Source: Atractiella rhizophila (Eukaryota). Taken from it: DNA of 56,704 nt. Shown here one piece after another: positions 13,730-27,532 of this stretch (its first letter is position 1; every line of letters begins with the position of its first letter). A program made the position numbers and the translations under genes. The notes beneath the pieces are model-generated. The model saw nothing but the letters and a program-made list of their open reading frames with translations, did no database searches and was not told the origin of the DNA. The stretch lies in NCBI GenBank assembly GCA_021432655.1, contig MU271189.1, positions 124,001 through 180,704 on the forward strand, written 5' to 3'.

Positions 13730-14856
13730 ATGAAGGTGTCGTACGAAATCATTGACGCATTTACCTCCTCTCCTTTCTCAGGTAATCCTGCTTCTGTCAT
13801 TCTCTTGGAGAAGGAGGAGGCAGACACCCTGACAGATGACATAAGACAAAAAATCGCCGCGTTCGTATTTCCCATGTCTCCAAGTGGAGAGCAATGGACG
13901 TTGAATATTGGTGCATGCAGAGAATTCAACCTCGCAGAGACCGCTTTCCTTGTTCCTTTGGAAGGATGTACGCCTGAACGTCCCAAGTTCCAACTACGCT
14001 GGTTCACTCCTACGCAAGAGTTTCCATTGTGTGGTCGTGCGTGGTTTCTACTTACTTGACGAAGCATATGTCGGACTGATGTCTTCCATCGCACAGACGC
14101 AACTCTTGCCTCCGCCCATTTTATCTTTTCTCTACCTTCCTACGCTTCTGCCACTGAGATTGAATTTCACTCACCCTTTTCTGGCCTTCTACTCGCTGGG
14201 AAGAACGGAGAAAAGATTGAACTAAACTTCCCTTCAATCCCTACGATCCCCGTGAGCCAAGAAGAGGAACAGAAGGTGAGAGCAGGAGCAGAGAGCACCG
14301 CACCAGAGTTTGTGGGGAAGGTGGAGGAAGTGAGACTGGGCAAACTGGGAGAATGGGAAGCTTGGTTGATTCGTCTCAGGGCCGGAACTACGCTGGAAGG
14401 CTTGAAAATAGATTTCAACTACGGCAGTACGGTGAGTATCTTTCCCTTCCGAACAATGACCCTCGTTGGAGTGTGATGCTTGACAGCACGCCTGGGCGAA
14501 AACCCTCAATGCCTTCACCGTCCCTAATACTGATCCGAAGAAGAAGGAGCACTTTAGCTCCCGACTTTTCGATCCCGTCGAAGGGGAGGATCCTGTAACT
14601 GGTTCAGCTCACGCGATGTTAGGTATTGTAAATTGCTATGGTCAGGTTTCGTCGACGTTGACGCATTACAGGTCCTTATTGGGCTTCTCACGGCAGAGAA
14701 TACATTTCGGAACCTCCCCACAGCGCGACAGATACCTTGCATGCTAGGCAGGTTTCTGACCGTGGTGGCGATTTGGAGCTGCAGTGGGACGGAGCAGACA
14801 GAGTTGCCATCAGAGGCCAGGCAATTACTGTCAGCAAAGGGGTTATGGAGTGGTGA
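13730..14856 (+). CDS. PhzF/PBLD-like protein, second intact paralog
   Basis: DAFTSSPFSGNPASV, EFNLAETAF, LRWFTPTQEFPLCGHATLA, EDPVTGSAHAMLGPYW, ARQVSDRGGDLEL, TVSKGVMEW*. Confidence 0.9.
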
Positions 14857-14973
14857 TACCTGCACAAAAGTGTATGGGAAGACGAAGATTTAAGACTATC
14901 TTGTTGTCCATTGACGAATAAGGCTATAAACAATATTATATGTACATCTTGTTGACACCTTAAGCTGCTAGTT

Positions 14974-16045
14974 TCACTTGCCACCCAAAACTTTTCCAAG
15001 TCCCAAGCTGCCGTACAACTTGTCAAGACCCTATCAATCGTCTCAGTAAGCATCATTCATACTGCTCGAGTGAAAGAATTACAAAAGCTGCCACAATGCC
15101 TTTGAGGAAGGAATCAAGTCCGAGACCGCTCAACAGTTTGCCGACCAAATTGAGGACGCCAGCGAGGAGGAGAGCGACGCCACCGACGATCTGAGTAAGA
15201 GGTTGTCCGAGGGCGTCGAGCAATGGTCCTAAGTCCTTCTTCGCTTTTGGGAACGAGTCGAGTTTACCCTTGGCCCATTCGATGGCTATCCACAGTGCGA
15301 AAGTGAAGGTCAGTGTTCGGTATAGATAGCAGAGAAATGGAAAAAGACGCACTCCCACCGACTTCTTCAATCATCACCTTCAACGCAGCTGCCAAGCGTT
15401 GTTCCTGTGGTGACGCTTTATGATCTTGCTGGTTACGCTTCGCACGGTTCGCTAGACGTCCTCCTGGATCGGCGCCTTTGACGGCTCCCTCTACGTCAAA
15501 CTGGAGTCAGATGCGAAACCTTAGAAACATCGAAGAGTGAAATGACGTACGAGTCTGGTTGAGAATTTGAGTTGCTTGTTCTATCAACGGCTTGACCTAT
15601 TGTTTTTACACGAGCGTAAGGAAGACATTGCAAAGGATCCACAAAGTACTGACGTTTTTGACAAGAGCTCCTTCGTCTCTATCTTCTTCCTTTTTTGCGA
15701 ATTCGTTTTCAATGTGTTCTACCATCATCCAGCGTCACTTCTACCTCAAACAAGGAGCGCAAAGAAGGAAACGAACGTCTGATCATCTTTACGAGAGGAA
15801 CAGTCTATCAACCACGTCATGCATCAGACGGGGCTGGAAGGAGTGAATGAGGAAACAAGCACCTTTTCGTTAGCATCCTCAATGAGGATGGACAGCCTCT
15901 CGGCAGTTTTGTTGTCCTCTTCTATTTCCTCTTTAGTCCTTGAATCCGTTGTTCCTGCTTCTGAAGGAGGAGAGGGGAGAGGGGGTGAAGCTCCGCCTCC
16001 TGGGACTTTGGGGAGCGATCCTGCGGGGGAAGGGAGATCAGCCAT
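14974..16045 (-). CDS. Conserved fungal hypothetical protein (DUF6987-like helical domain)
   Basis: IEDANEKV..., GAVKGADPGGRLANRAKRNQQDHKASPQEQRLAAALK, PKAKKDLGPLLDALGQPLTQIVGGVALLLAGVLNLVGKLLSGLGLD. Family assignment is from memory of similar fungal proteins. Confidence 0.7.
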
Positions 16046-16799
16046 GTTATTCGAGCTTTGATGGATCGTAGATGTTTTGTAGCAAGGTGGGTTGTATGGG
16101 ATTCTGGCTACAACCGCCTTGGAGAGTTGCTCCTTTTATAAAGATTGGCCAGGATTCTGGGACGAGGAGATCATGGTGATGTAAACGTTGTAAATTGGGA
16201 TCCATGTCAATTTCATGAAGGAAGGTTGTGATGACGCTTTCATTGTGCGATTACGACACCGTCTTTCGCGTCTTTCTCGCGTTCCTATACACACAGTATT
16301 GGTTTCGTAGCTGCGCACACTGAACCAGAAGAACACTCACCTTTGGAGGAACCGCGCTGACTCTGCGACGCGATTGCTTGCTCTGGGCTCAGTCACCCTT
16401 GTGTAGGCTAGAGCTGACCGTTTTGTGAATGCTGCTGAATGCTGCCTTGTTGCAGTAATTCCCTGTTCCTTGCCTTGCCTGGACAGATTTTGGCATAGAA
16501 GCCCTGACATGCTCTCATTTGCTGAAGTCGTCATGACATGTGTCATAATGCATGTATGTTTACGTTCGCCGTACTTATATTGTCAATCTTCGCCAATTCA
16601 CCACCAATCCATCAGGTACTGAGGACTACATGAGGTGACCGCTTCGCCAATTGATCTTACAACACAGCCAAGTCCAGGCTCAGGTCAGGTCAACGCTAGA
16701 GGTGAGTATTTCGTCCTCTGATTTGCCTTCTAACTTCCTTCACATTCGTTCAACAGCAGGTTCCCGCAGCAGCTGAGCGAGAGGGGATTCCTGAGAAGG

Positions 16800-17615
16800 A
16801 TGACCTCGAGACGCCATCGGGTAGCACCGACGTGGATGATCTACACTTGGGCGATTTGCTGCCTGCCTTGCTTTCCATTCTTCATCTTGTATCATGCAGG
16901 GAAAGCAGTCCTCAAAAGGTCTGGTAGTCGATCACGTACGTTTTCAAATCTTACGGTGCACACTTCTCTGATCCCATCAGTCGATAGAGCAGAGCCTCTC
17001 GAGCCGAAAACACCTCAAGCATGTCTCGAGAACGAGGCAACTGTTGCTTCGCAAACTTCCACTTGAACTGGTGGACGAGATACGGTCGTACGACCCAGAA
17101 ACCCATTGTCCATCTTTCACCGCTTCCAGCTCGGTACTACAAAGAATCCAAAAAGATGATCATTCTCAGTTCGCGGTCCTCACGCTTAGTGTGAAGAGTG
17201 GCGGTTACCCCCGTCCTGTTCGAAAAATCAACTTTTTCACTGAGGGAACTGCTGATTATATCCTGTCGACCAAGCTGGTGATCAAACTATGGAAAGTGGG
17301 AAAGGAAGAAGTATGCAAGTTCGATCTCGACGGTCTCTGGATTCAGGAGAAGTTTTTCACAAGTTCACAACCCATCTATACAGAAGAGGCCGCCATCACG
17401 AGGGATTTCACCAAACCTGGAAGTTCTCACAGAACTTTCGTGTGGAACGCAGACCACCCTGCCCTACAGGTATTACAAAAAGGCGATCGGCTGGTGGTTG
17501 CGATTGGATGTAAGTGTTTCATTCCGTTAGAACATAGGAGTAACGGATAACGCGACTTTACCCAGCCGTTGGATTCTCTCTGGAAAGTGCTCGAGTGCAA
17601 ATGTGGTGCAAGTAG
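16800..17615 (+). CDS. Hypothetical protein with an N-terminal hydrophobic segment and an F-box-like LPLELVDEI motif
   Basis: Exon 1 MTSRRHRVAPTW...PFFILYHAGK with GTACGT donor; exon 2 LLLRKLPLELVDEIRSYD...PVRKINF...LQKGDRLVVAI with GTAAGT donor; short last exon. Degenerate paralogs at 42.6-43.4 kb. Confidence 0.6.
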
Positions 17616-17939
17616 TCTCGCTCGAATTCCGTTCTCACCCTGATATCAGATATCCATCCTAGTCTGTAAACTTTATCAAGCGCTCACGACCATGACTAGA
17701 TGAGTGTGAGCAGTACAGCTCCTCTAACAGCGGGGTATGAAGCTTGTTGCTGCCACTGCCACGCACTTCGACACTCTTGTTGCTGTTGTTCGCAAGTCGG
17801 TGTGAATCATGCACACGGAATAAAAGCTGGATAGTAGGCAGAAGCTTGGAGACCAACAGCGGCCCACTTATATCAGACCTCAGTACACCAGATGTTATAT
17901 CCCGGAAGAGAAGGAACATTGTATCCAGAGCAAAAAAGA

Positions 17940-18070
17940 ATGACAAAAAGAAACCCAAAGTTTCCAGTATGGGTGACAATTGTGCTGCTCACAGGTGCCG
18001 TTATAGGGTACCCATTTTTTGCGGTGTACCAAGCGAGCAAGTTCGTGAGACGACGTGTTCAACATGCTAA
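17940..18070 (+). pseudogene. Isolated exon-1-like fragment of the same family
   Basis: MTKRNPKFPVWVTIVLLTGAVIGYPFFAVYQASKFVRR parallels exon 1 of the 16800 gene; no downstream exons seen; a second copy lies at about 43778-43885. Confidence 0.4.
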
Positions 18071-18564
18071 GTACAATATTCATTCTACACAGTTTAATGT
18101 TGTACTCATATGTCAGCAGAACGACCGTGGATTGATGTTTTGACATGGGAAAATGGTTGGTCAGCGGAACGTCATTGAAAAAATTGATTAAGAAATGAAT
18201 TTAGACAGCTATCGGAAGGACTGCATGAATTCGCCGTTAATGTAACAAGAGCAACTGGCTGATGACCTTTCAATGCCCAAAGTAGCGAGTTGTATCAGCT
18301 TGAGGATGAAGCCAACAAAGCCTTAAAGGGGTGAAAATAGCTTGACCACTGGCTGTTTGAAGTCCACACCTAGTAACCCGAGTGTATTGATATCCTCAAT
18401 ATTGAGGTCAATTCACGAGGTACCTATCTACATGGGTTCTTTATTTACAGGAACTTCTTATTGACTAGAAGTGAACTTCATGGAGAACGTGATAAGAACA
18501 GGCAAACAAAAAGTGTTGAAATGGGAAACCACCTTAAGGACTAGTACGCTCGGGCTGGAGTACA

Positions 18565-20098
18565 TTAGTACCAAGAAAAGATTGGCGTTGGTACCTGCTC
18601 CGGCTGTATCATTGATCTCTGATCCTCCACCCAGGCTTTGGTTTGCAGTGACTCTCCGCCTCTGCCTCCGACTAGATCAACATCCTCATCATCATCACTA
18701 TCGGCGTCATGCAGCCACTGTGCCGCTCCACTCATCCATAGCGCGTCACCTAGAGCCTTGTGATAGAAGGCAAACATTCCGGAGATATCCTCAACTTCAT
18801 GGCCATCTTTGTCTCTCACAGTCGTAGCTAGAAGGACGCTCGACTCGTGATATGTTCTACCATAATTTCCTGGGGGTCCTTGTTCCCGTTCCAAGTCGAT
18901 CATCTCTTGTAGTAAGGCGTCATCCCTTGCAGTCCAGGTTCTCCCTCTCGGAAGGTCCTTCATGCGAGTAAAGTCGGTGGGTATGTCAGAATCGAACTTT
19001 CTGGCACCATTTCGTAGGTGTAAAGTCTTGCTCATGATCAGTAGCTAAATCAAATGAAGTTTAATTGCTCACCAAATCATTACATCCATCCCTCTCAAAC
19101 CATATTCTGAACTCCCCAAGCCGTTTATGAATCGTTGAGCGGATCAGGATCATGTTCGCTGGCGTATCGCATACTTCTTCATGAAATTCAGCGCCAAAAA
19201 TCCGAGAGATCCATGACCAAAACTATCTGCAGTCAGGGGTATTCCAAGACCATTGGCTGTGGGAAGCTTACAGGCGACGATAGTTTCCACGGCAAGAGGT
19301 GGGCCACTTCACAATAGAACTCTTCGCCCGTTAGCCGGCAGCAATCGTTATCGCGCTTGCGAACCTAGCTCTCAGTAAGCACAGCAATGGAGGCAACAGG
19401 ACAAGGTAAGAACATTTGCGACATGGCCAGCATTTCTTCGGGAGGTGGAACTGGGGGGTTGAGAGGGGGGAGGACCAGCAGGAGCTGAGGTGATTGACTT
19501 GACGGATGGGTTCGAGTAAGGCACACTTGATGCGGGAGTTGCCGGCTTGGTGGTTTTCGCTATGACTGCCATTTAAATCCTTTCAACAAGAAACAAAAGA
19601 CATGCCTGCGGAGATACACTGACTCTTCATATTGCGAATGAACGACCATAGTAGGTGTCGATACCTCAGGACAAATTCAGCAAAGTTCCGGCTGAGTTTC
19701 TCGGAAGTAACGTGCTCTTCGACGGGTCTCCTTTTGTTCAACTCCTCCACGACTGCCTTTCGATCCCATCGAATAAAGCCTTTCAAAATGTCTCTATCCT
19801 CTTTAGCATCTTTAGAGGATAAAGGCTTCATTTCCTCTTTCTCGCGATTCATCACTGGGACATCTTTAGGGGGTTCAAGGTTATCGATTAGCCCCAGAGT
19901 AAGCTGGATTAGATCCCTGTCAGAGAGCTGTTCCACAGCCTCCTTGACAGACTCCGGTAGATCGTGTCCTGGATGCTCTTTCAGCACGTCGATTTCCTGT
20001 CGTGGCTGACGTGGGGGAGAGGGTTCAGCTCTAAACTCGTCGAGCAGCTGCTGAAGGTGACGAGGGAGTGGAGCGGGTTCTGTCGTAGGCGCAGACAT
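18565..20098 (-). CDS. Fungal HNH endonuclease-domain protein (HNH_2-like)
   Basis: Small exons missed by the ORF track encode VRKRDNDCCRLTGEEFYCEVAHLLPWK and FWSWISRIFGAEFHEEVCDTPANMILIRSTIHKRLGEFRIWFE; C-terminal FYHKALGDALWMSGAA followed by an acidic tail. Confidence 0.75.
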
Positions 20099-20276
20099 CT
20101 ACTGATTCTCACTTTGTTTGGTTGGTGCACGTCAGTTGAGTGATTCATGAGACACATTTCACAATTTTGTCCACTTACTTGGATGTCACAAACCTTACAT
20201 CGATAACCTTTAGCCTGGCCTCCACGTCCACGCTTAACATCAACGACGATTTAGCATCTCCTGAGCTGCAGCCGCC

Positions 20277-22907
20277 ATGGCCGGATCATACAACTACGAT
20301 TCAGGTGAGTTGAGCCTGTTCCGCCTCTGTCTTCTGGGGAACCTCACGGGGTATTGCAGCCGGCTACTCCCTCTTTTTCCTACTCACCTTCATCCTCCTC
20401 CCGCTCATTCCTTACACGTACTCAACCTTCAAGCCTTCAAGTCGCGAAGACAGCACTCCTCCTCCATCCAAAGCATGGAATGTCAAAGTGGCAGCTGTGC
20501 GCAATAGTAAGGTTGGAAAGAAGGAGAACGGTCCTAGCCAGAAACGGTTCGTTTGTGGTTCCCTTTGCGTAATAGGTTTGGGAACGTATGTGAACGCATG
20601 GGTGGAGCAGGATAGCGCTGATTGCTGTTGGTTGGCTCATCTGTGGATGGGCTGCATGGAAGATAAAGGATTTTCAGCCAGAGGGCATCGTTTATGACCC
20701 TTTCGCAATCCTTGGGATCTCAACCGTTCGTCCTTCCAGTATTCTCTGTGATGAACACTGAGTTTTAGCGCAGGGGTTGGACGAGAAAGCCATCAAGAAA
20801 CACTACCGTAGACTATCCATAAAATTGTGTGTCTCTCCCCTCCAGCGGCGCTTACCTAACACCAGAACAGTCATCCAGATAAAGTGGATCTAGAAGCTTT
20901 GAACCAAACTAAGGAAGAAGCGGAATCTCATTTTACTGAGCTCACGAAAGCCTACAAGTCTCTGACTGACGAGGAGATCCGGAAGAATTACGAACTGTAT
21001 GGACATCCGGATGGGAAGCAAGAGTTCAGCATGGGCATTGCATTACCTGTTTGGATCGTGGAGGGCTCGAACAGGGGATGGGTAATGGGTGCATACATTC
21101 TGGGTATTGGCATATTGCTACCTTGGGCCGTCGTACGCTTCTTGCTATTACCCATTCCAAGAGGACACACTGAAAGGTGGAACAGGGAAGCTGGTGGTAC
21201 GGCTCCTCGAAACGCACAAAGGACGGCGTGCTCGTCTCTTCAGTTGGTACCTTCTTTCAAGGAATGACAGACAAGACGACTCTACAGGAACTGATCGCCA
21301 TCCTGTCCGAAGCTGACGAGTTCAAAACGCTATACGAAAAGTCTGGCGCATCCGAGAAATCCCTGAAAGCAGTCGAGGAGGAGGTAAAGAAGCGTCTGGC
21401 CAGTGTGGGAGAGAGGTTGGAGGGAGACGCGTTCAAGGTGAAGACCACAAAGAGGGCGGCGGTAGAAATTTATGCTCGGATGTTGAGGGTGGAAACGGAC
21501 GATCCGGAACTTCAAGAGGAGATCACACGCACCGTCGCACTTGCTCATCACCTCTCCACTGCCCTCCTTCACATCGCTTTAGCTTATATGTGGCTCCCAC
21601 AATACAACCTCATCATCTCCCTCCAAACGTTCCTCATTCAAGCCCTTCACCCCACTTACTCATCAGTCCTCATGCAACTCCCCCACGTCACGAAGGATGT
21701 GCAGGAGAAATGGAAGGCGGCAGGGATTTTGAAGCCCGGAATGGGGATGGAAGAATGGTTGGAGGAACTGGAGAAGAAGGAGCAGGTGAAGAAAGAGGAT
21801 GGAGAAAGCGAGATGGTGCTTAATGATCAAGAGCTGAGGGAAGCGAAAGAGGTCGCCGGAAGCTGGCAAGACCTCGAGCTCGTCAGTGCAAACTTTAAAG
21901 GTTCGACCCATTCTATCCTGATCCGCGAAAGTACAAGGAGCTAACTGAGGTCCTGATATCAGTGACTGGCGAAAAGATCGTGACTCCGTCGTCATGGGTC
22001 CACCTCGTGCTCAAAGTCCGTCTTTCGAACCCATCCAAGCGTCTGGCCCTCAAACGGGAAGGTGTGAATCCGTCCCTCAAAGCGAAAGAGGCAGGTGAGC
22101 ATGAGGAGGCTTTGAAAGGAGAGGAGGCGGAGTTGGAAGAGCTGTTGGGGAGGAAGAAGAAGTGGGGAGCGGATGGAGAGGCTGTCATGCCTGATGCTCA
22201 TACCCCGTGGTTCCCTAAGGTGCGTGACATCTTCTCTCACCTTGTTTATTGGGACTTTTTCTATCCCATATTGGCAGTCTACCTTTCGGTTTGCAGTTTA
22301 TTAAAAATCGAGTTTCTCATACAGATACCGGATTCCGGATTCTGAACTGTGGACTGACATAAGGTGGTGGACAGAATCGAAAAGCGGGATGGCACGTGTT
22401 CATTGGCGACAGAAAGAACAACAAGATTTTCGTACCTCCGTCTCAGGTTTTGACGGAAGTAGGACCTGACAGGATCCGGACGTTCAAGATCCAGTTTCAG
22501 GCACCTCCACAACCGAGCGCTTACTTTTTCAGACTGTTCGTCAAGAGCGACACGTATGTGGATGCAGACTTGTTTTACGATATGCAGGTATGTCCCCCTT
22601 CCTATCTCTCTCGATCAATATTGATCGTTGAAATATTGACGTTGTCGTTCAACAGCTCATCGTCCTCCCGCACGAAGTTCTAGCTGCTGAAGACCAAGGG
22701 AAGGAAGACGAGATCTCTGATCCAGAGGAGGATTCGTTGGAGGGACAGATGGCGCTCATGAAGGGGAAGAAGGTGAAGCCTGCTGGATCAGGAGCGAAGG
22801 AGAGCGAGGATGAGGATGACGAATCAGATGAGGACGATGGTGAAGGTGAGAGTTCGAGTGAGGAGGAGGACGATGACGACTCCTCAAGTAGCGATGATAG
22901 CGATTAA
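20277..22907 (+). CDS. SEC63: ER translocon co-chaperone Sec63
   Basis: MAGSYNYD, TM segments, J-domain YDPFAILG..HPDK..FTELTKAYKSLTDEEIRKNYELYGHPDGKQEFSMGIALP, Brl domain HTPWFPK, FKIQFQAPPQP, SDTYV, EDEISDPEEDSLEGQMALMKG, acidic tail. Confidence 0.96.
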
Positions 22908-23258
22908 CTGGACTCTGATAGATGTCTGCCATGTTAATATCATCCTTATTGCCATAATACTACTTCTTGCCCAACCCGTAATCGCCTTGAGTTACCTTCA
23001 CAATCAAGCAGCTGTGCGGCCCGAGAAACTCTCATCGGGCATCCTGCACAAGAGCTGCCACCATGCCAGATCCCAGATGCCATTTCATTGCCAATTACAA
23101 CGAGTTACGAGTTTGGGGTGAATCGAGGTGATTCGGGCTGCATTCGCTTGGACAATATGCGTGCCTCGCACTGGCTGGAGTACTTATATGCCCAGAACCA
23201 TTTCCTCCTCCTTTTCCCGTGACAATTTCAATCTTTTGCTGCTCAAATTGAAGCAGCG

Positions 23259-25113
23259 ATGGGAGACTCAAACTCCATGAAAGGAGGCGTTGAAATCGAG
23301 CTGGAGGCTCATTATCGTATCACTGGTCTGCCAATGGGAGACTCTATCCCAGCAGGAAATTCTACTAAGCTTGGATATGATGATCCTGTTGTAGACGGGA
23401 GCGACGTTGACGTGGTTGGAAATGAGATTAGTGATGGCGAGAGAGCCAGCGAAGCAGACACTCTGGCAGAAGCTCAGGCATCAGGAAACGTCTCCTCCCT
23501 CCCTCCTGTTGACGGCGGGTTCAATGCGTGGGCATTTGTGGCTGCAGCTTTCATGCTCGAGCTGCTTGTATGGGCATGGGGTTCTTCCTTTGGTTCGTCT
23601 TTCCATATCTTGCGTCACAATATGCCTGTATCTACGACTGTGTCTTGTCGCTTAATGTCACCTTAATCAACCGTGCTGACAGATATGATGGACAGGGACA
23701 TTCCAAGCGTACTTCAAGCTGGCAACGGACGAACCATTCTCTCAAGCTTCCTCCGCCGCCATATCCACTGTAGGTACACTTGGCGTCAGCTTGCAGTATA
23801 CGGGCATGCCCTTGGTTCTGTGGTGGTGCAAGCGACATCCATATTGGACGAGGGGAATGATGAAAATCATGTTGGTCATTAGCGCCGCCAGTTTGCTCCT
23901 CAGCAGCTTCGCCACTTCCGTATGTAGTTTCATCCATGTTTGACGGCCGCGGAAAATAATTCATTCGATGTGCCATGGAATAGTTGTGGCAGCTCATCCT
24001 CATCCAAGGAGTCCTGTGGGGCAGCTCTTCCTCCTGCCTGTCAGTTATCACCATCGTACAACCTCGTCTTTCTCACTTCAGCAGTTAGCAGCTCTGGCTG
24101 ATAGTGTGGAATTGGGACAGATATGCTCCAGTCCTGCTCTATCTCTCCGAGTGGTTCTCCTCACGTCGCGGTTTAGCGGCAGGAATCATCTTTGGGGCGA
24201 CAGGATTCGGGGGTGCTGTCATCCCTCCATTCCTAGGTTATCTGTTGGAGAGGGTAGGGTATGGATGGACGATGCGTATTTGGACCGTCATCTTCTCCGT
24301 TTTTGGGGCGATCAGCCTCCGATGGACGAAACCGAGGATTCCACCTCCTACAAGAATCGCTCTGACCGCTGGCGCTAAGAGGGAGGGCAGTTGGAGCATG
24401 GATAAGTTCTTTGGCGTTTTGAAGAGGGAGAGCGAGGTATGGAGGAACCCACTGTTCTTACTTGTCGTGCGTCTCTCTCTTCCCTATTCGGATGTAAATA
24501 ATATGTTTATTGACGACGGAAGGCAATCACTGTTTCCCTCCATTCGATAGCTTACTTCCCCGTCTCCTTCTACCTCCCGATCTACACTTCAACCCTCGGC
24601 TTCTCCCTCTTCACCTCGACCCTTGTGCTGTCCTTCTTCAACATCTTCGCCGGGGGTTCCTACATCCTAATCGGCTACCTCTCTGACCGACTCGACTTCC
24701 GTTCTCTCCTCCTCCTCTCCTCCCTCCTCGCCTCCGTCCTCTCCTACACCATCTGGGGTTTCGCACACAACCTCGCTCTGACCCTCATCTTCGCCGCAGG
24801 CTTCGGACTCTCCATAGGAGGCATGGCGGCTGTCTGGCCCGCTGCTGGAACCAGCATTGTCAGGTCGGCGCAGCAGAGGACGGGAGGGACACCTTCTTTC
24901 GATAGCAATTCAGTATTCTCCCTCCTCTCCACTATCAAGGGGATCGCCGCTTTGGTTGGACCACCGCTGGCTAGCGTGTTATATCACCCCACGACGAAAG
25001 AAAGCGCCTATGGAGCTATGGGGTTTGAAAAGGTCACTATTTTCGTGGGAAGCGTCATGTTTGGGGCTGGGATGTGCACCATAGGAACTTGGTGGATCAA
25101 GAGAGGCGTCTGA
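23259..25113 (+). CDS. MFS transporter, monocarboxylate (Mch/MCT-like) family
   Basis: LPPVDGGFNAWAFV, LSEWFSSRRGLAAGIIFGATGFGG, GYLSDR, multiple TM helices. Confidence 0.9.
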
Positions 25114-25241
25114 ACCATAAAGGGGATGTGGAACGCTGGGGATGAATCAAAATCGAGGGAACTCCTCTTCTGAATTACAATGTAGATTAGCATGAACCGA
25201 ACGACAAGCAAATTTCCTAGTAGCGAACAGCGACGGAGCGG

Positions 25242-27532
25242 TCAACGCTCTTCCCCTTCTCTTGTAGACTCCAAACTAGACGACGCCACCACCACTTTGG
25301 ACTTCCCCTTCCTCGCGCTCTTCTTCACCCTAACCACCTTCGGCAACACCTCCTCAGCCTCACCTCCTTCTCCCTCAAAAGCCGACGCAAGTCCTACCGC
25401 ACTCATATTCCCATTCCCATTCTTTTTCGTGTCCCCACCGTCTCCATCCCCCACCGTCTTCTTCACCACCGGACTCGCCTGTTGCTGCTCCCAAACCCGC
25501 AACCAATTATCACCCACCTCCATCCTCAACGCCTCCACCTTCTTCCTAAACGCGTCCTTCTCCTCTCCCCCTTCCCTTCCGCCTCCCACTCCATTCGCAT
25601 CCCCATTCGCATCTGCCTTCGCATCCGTCCCCGAAGCCCCAACATCAAACAACGGAATCGGTGCTCTCCTACCCGTCGGACGCGCATCCACAGTACTAGA
25701 TCTAAACCTCTGATGCGCAGAACCAGGTGACGCCTTTGAGCTCGCAAACTGCTGAACAGGTCTTCCCATCTCGCTCTCTCCCCTTTGATGCCTCGTCCGT
25801 CCTTTTCCTTGCCACTGCGTCTCTCCGGCCAGGCGACGCATCGACGGGGAATTCGAAGTCGAATTTGAGGGAGGATGTGGCTCGTCGTCCGTCAGAGCGT
25901 TCCCTTCCCGATCACTCGCATCTTCGTCCAACCTGATCACACGCTTTGGAGGCTTGCGGTTCTGTGGATGTCGGCCTTTCTTCTTGGCCAGCGCTCGGGA
26001 CGCTTCTGTACCTGCTGGGGATGATGGGACTGTTCCAGGAGCCGACGTAGGGGTTGAAGTGGATGGGAGGATGATGGGAGAAGAAGGGAGAGAAGATTTC
26101 GGTGTTATTGTCGGAGATTGGTGTACGAGGAGCAACCTTTCGTCATGATTCTCTCCATCTCGATGTCCGTATCCGTGAGAATGTGCGAGTTCAGAGTCTA
26201 ACCACCGACGTTCGGACCAAGAAATGGTTTGTCCGTCCAGCACTAAGTCTCGACTTCTACCTTTTTCCTCTTTTTCGAAATAAGTGAAAACCATCACTCT
26301 CCATCCTCCATGTTTCGCCAACTCCTCCGGCCTCATATTCGTCGCCTTTCCCTCCACACATGGGTTCCCTCCCACCCAGAAGGCTTTGAGAAGCGGGAGC
26401 ATGGCTGGCCTCGAGAGCTCCAGTATGTCTTCTACTAGGTTATGACGGATGTCTAACTTTTCGAGAGAGATGAGGTTATCGATGCCTGTCAGGGTTGTGA
26501 TTCGGTTGTGGGAGAGACAGAGCGAGGTTAGGTTTTGTGGGAGGGCGGTACGGATTTGGTGGAGGGTGCTGATGAGATTGTTGGAGAGGGAGAGGTATGA
26601 AAGATGTGGGAGGGTGGAGAGGGCGGAGGGGACAGAGATGAGGAGGTTGGAGGTTAAGGATAGGGAGCGGAGGTTCATGAGGGAGGAGGAGGAGGGAGGG
26701 AAAGTGAATTCTGTGAGAGAGTTGGAGGAGATGGATAGGTGTATGAGCGACCTGTCCTCATACTCGTCAGCATGCTTTCACCTAGGGTAAAAAAGAGAGG
26801 GAAGACCAACATCCATTCCACCTTCTCGCCCATCCACTTCTCCTCTCCAGCGCTCCATCCATTCTCAACCCCATCACCCGCATCCTCCAGCTCCAAAACC
26901 TTCAACCCCCACCTGACCTTCTCCCACCTAAACGCCGCCGGATCCAACCCAACCAATTTGATCTTTTGCAAACTAGGGAACGGGAGCGGGAGAATAGCCA
27001 TCGAGGGCGGGTCAAAGTCCTCAATCTCTGGGGACGGCGTATCTCTCGGGTTGAAGGTGAGATGGAGGGCTGGGAGACGGGAGAAGAAAGACCAGATCTT
27101 CTTCAACATTTCTTCTTCGCTCACATTCGAGCCCCACGGCCAATAACTGCCCATACTCGCTCCTATCCGACTCGGACTTCCGAGGGAGAATATGGAGACT
27201 GAACGCAGGGATAGGATGTCTCGTGGCACTGGAGGCGCTGTGGGGGGCAGGAGGGATTTGAGAGGTTTTCGACGGTTGGAAGGAAGGGAGAAGGGGTCGG
27301 AGAGGGAGAGGAGGGATTCGGGGATGGAGAGTAGATCGAGGTCTTCCCATCGCAGGATGAGGTAGGAAAGATGCACCGGGGAAATTTCGAGCGTCTTGGT
27401 CCCCTGGGAGAGCGAGGGTGTCGAGAAGAGATAGTTGTAGAGAGAGCTGATGTATGCTGGCCCCGTCTGAACACTGGGTGCTTGTGAGGATGGACGACTG
27501 GATGAGAGGCCCGGGAGGGAGAGGAAGGACAT
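25242..27532 (-). CDS. Leucine-rich repeat protein (nischarin-related type) with a disordered C-terminus
   Basis: LRR repeats LRSLSLTSNLL, LSYLSLSNNLI, LTSLCLSHNRI, LEKLDIRHNLV, cap GNP; C-terminal FRKKVEALRMEVGDNWLRV; one intron near 26750-26812. Confidence 0.8.
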
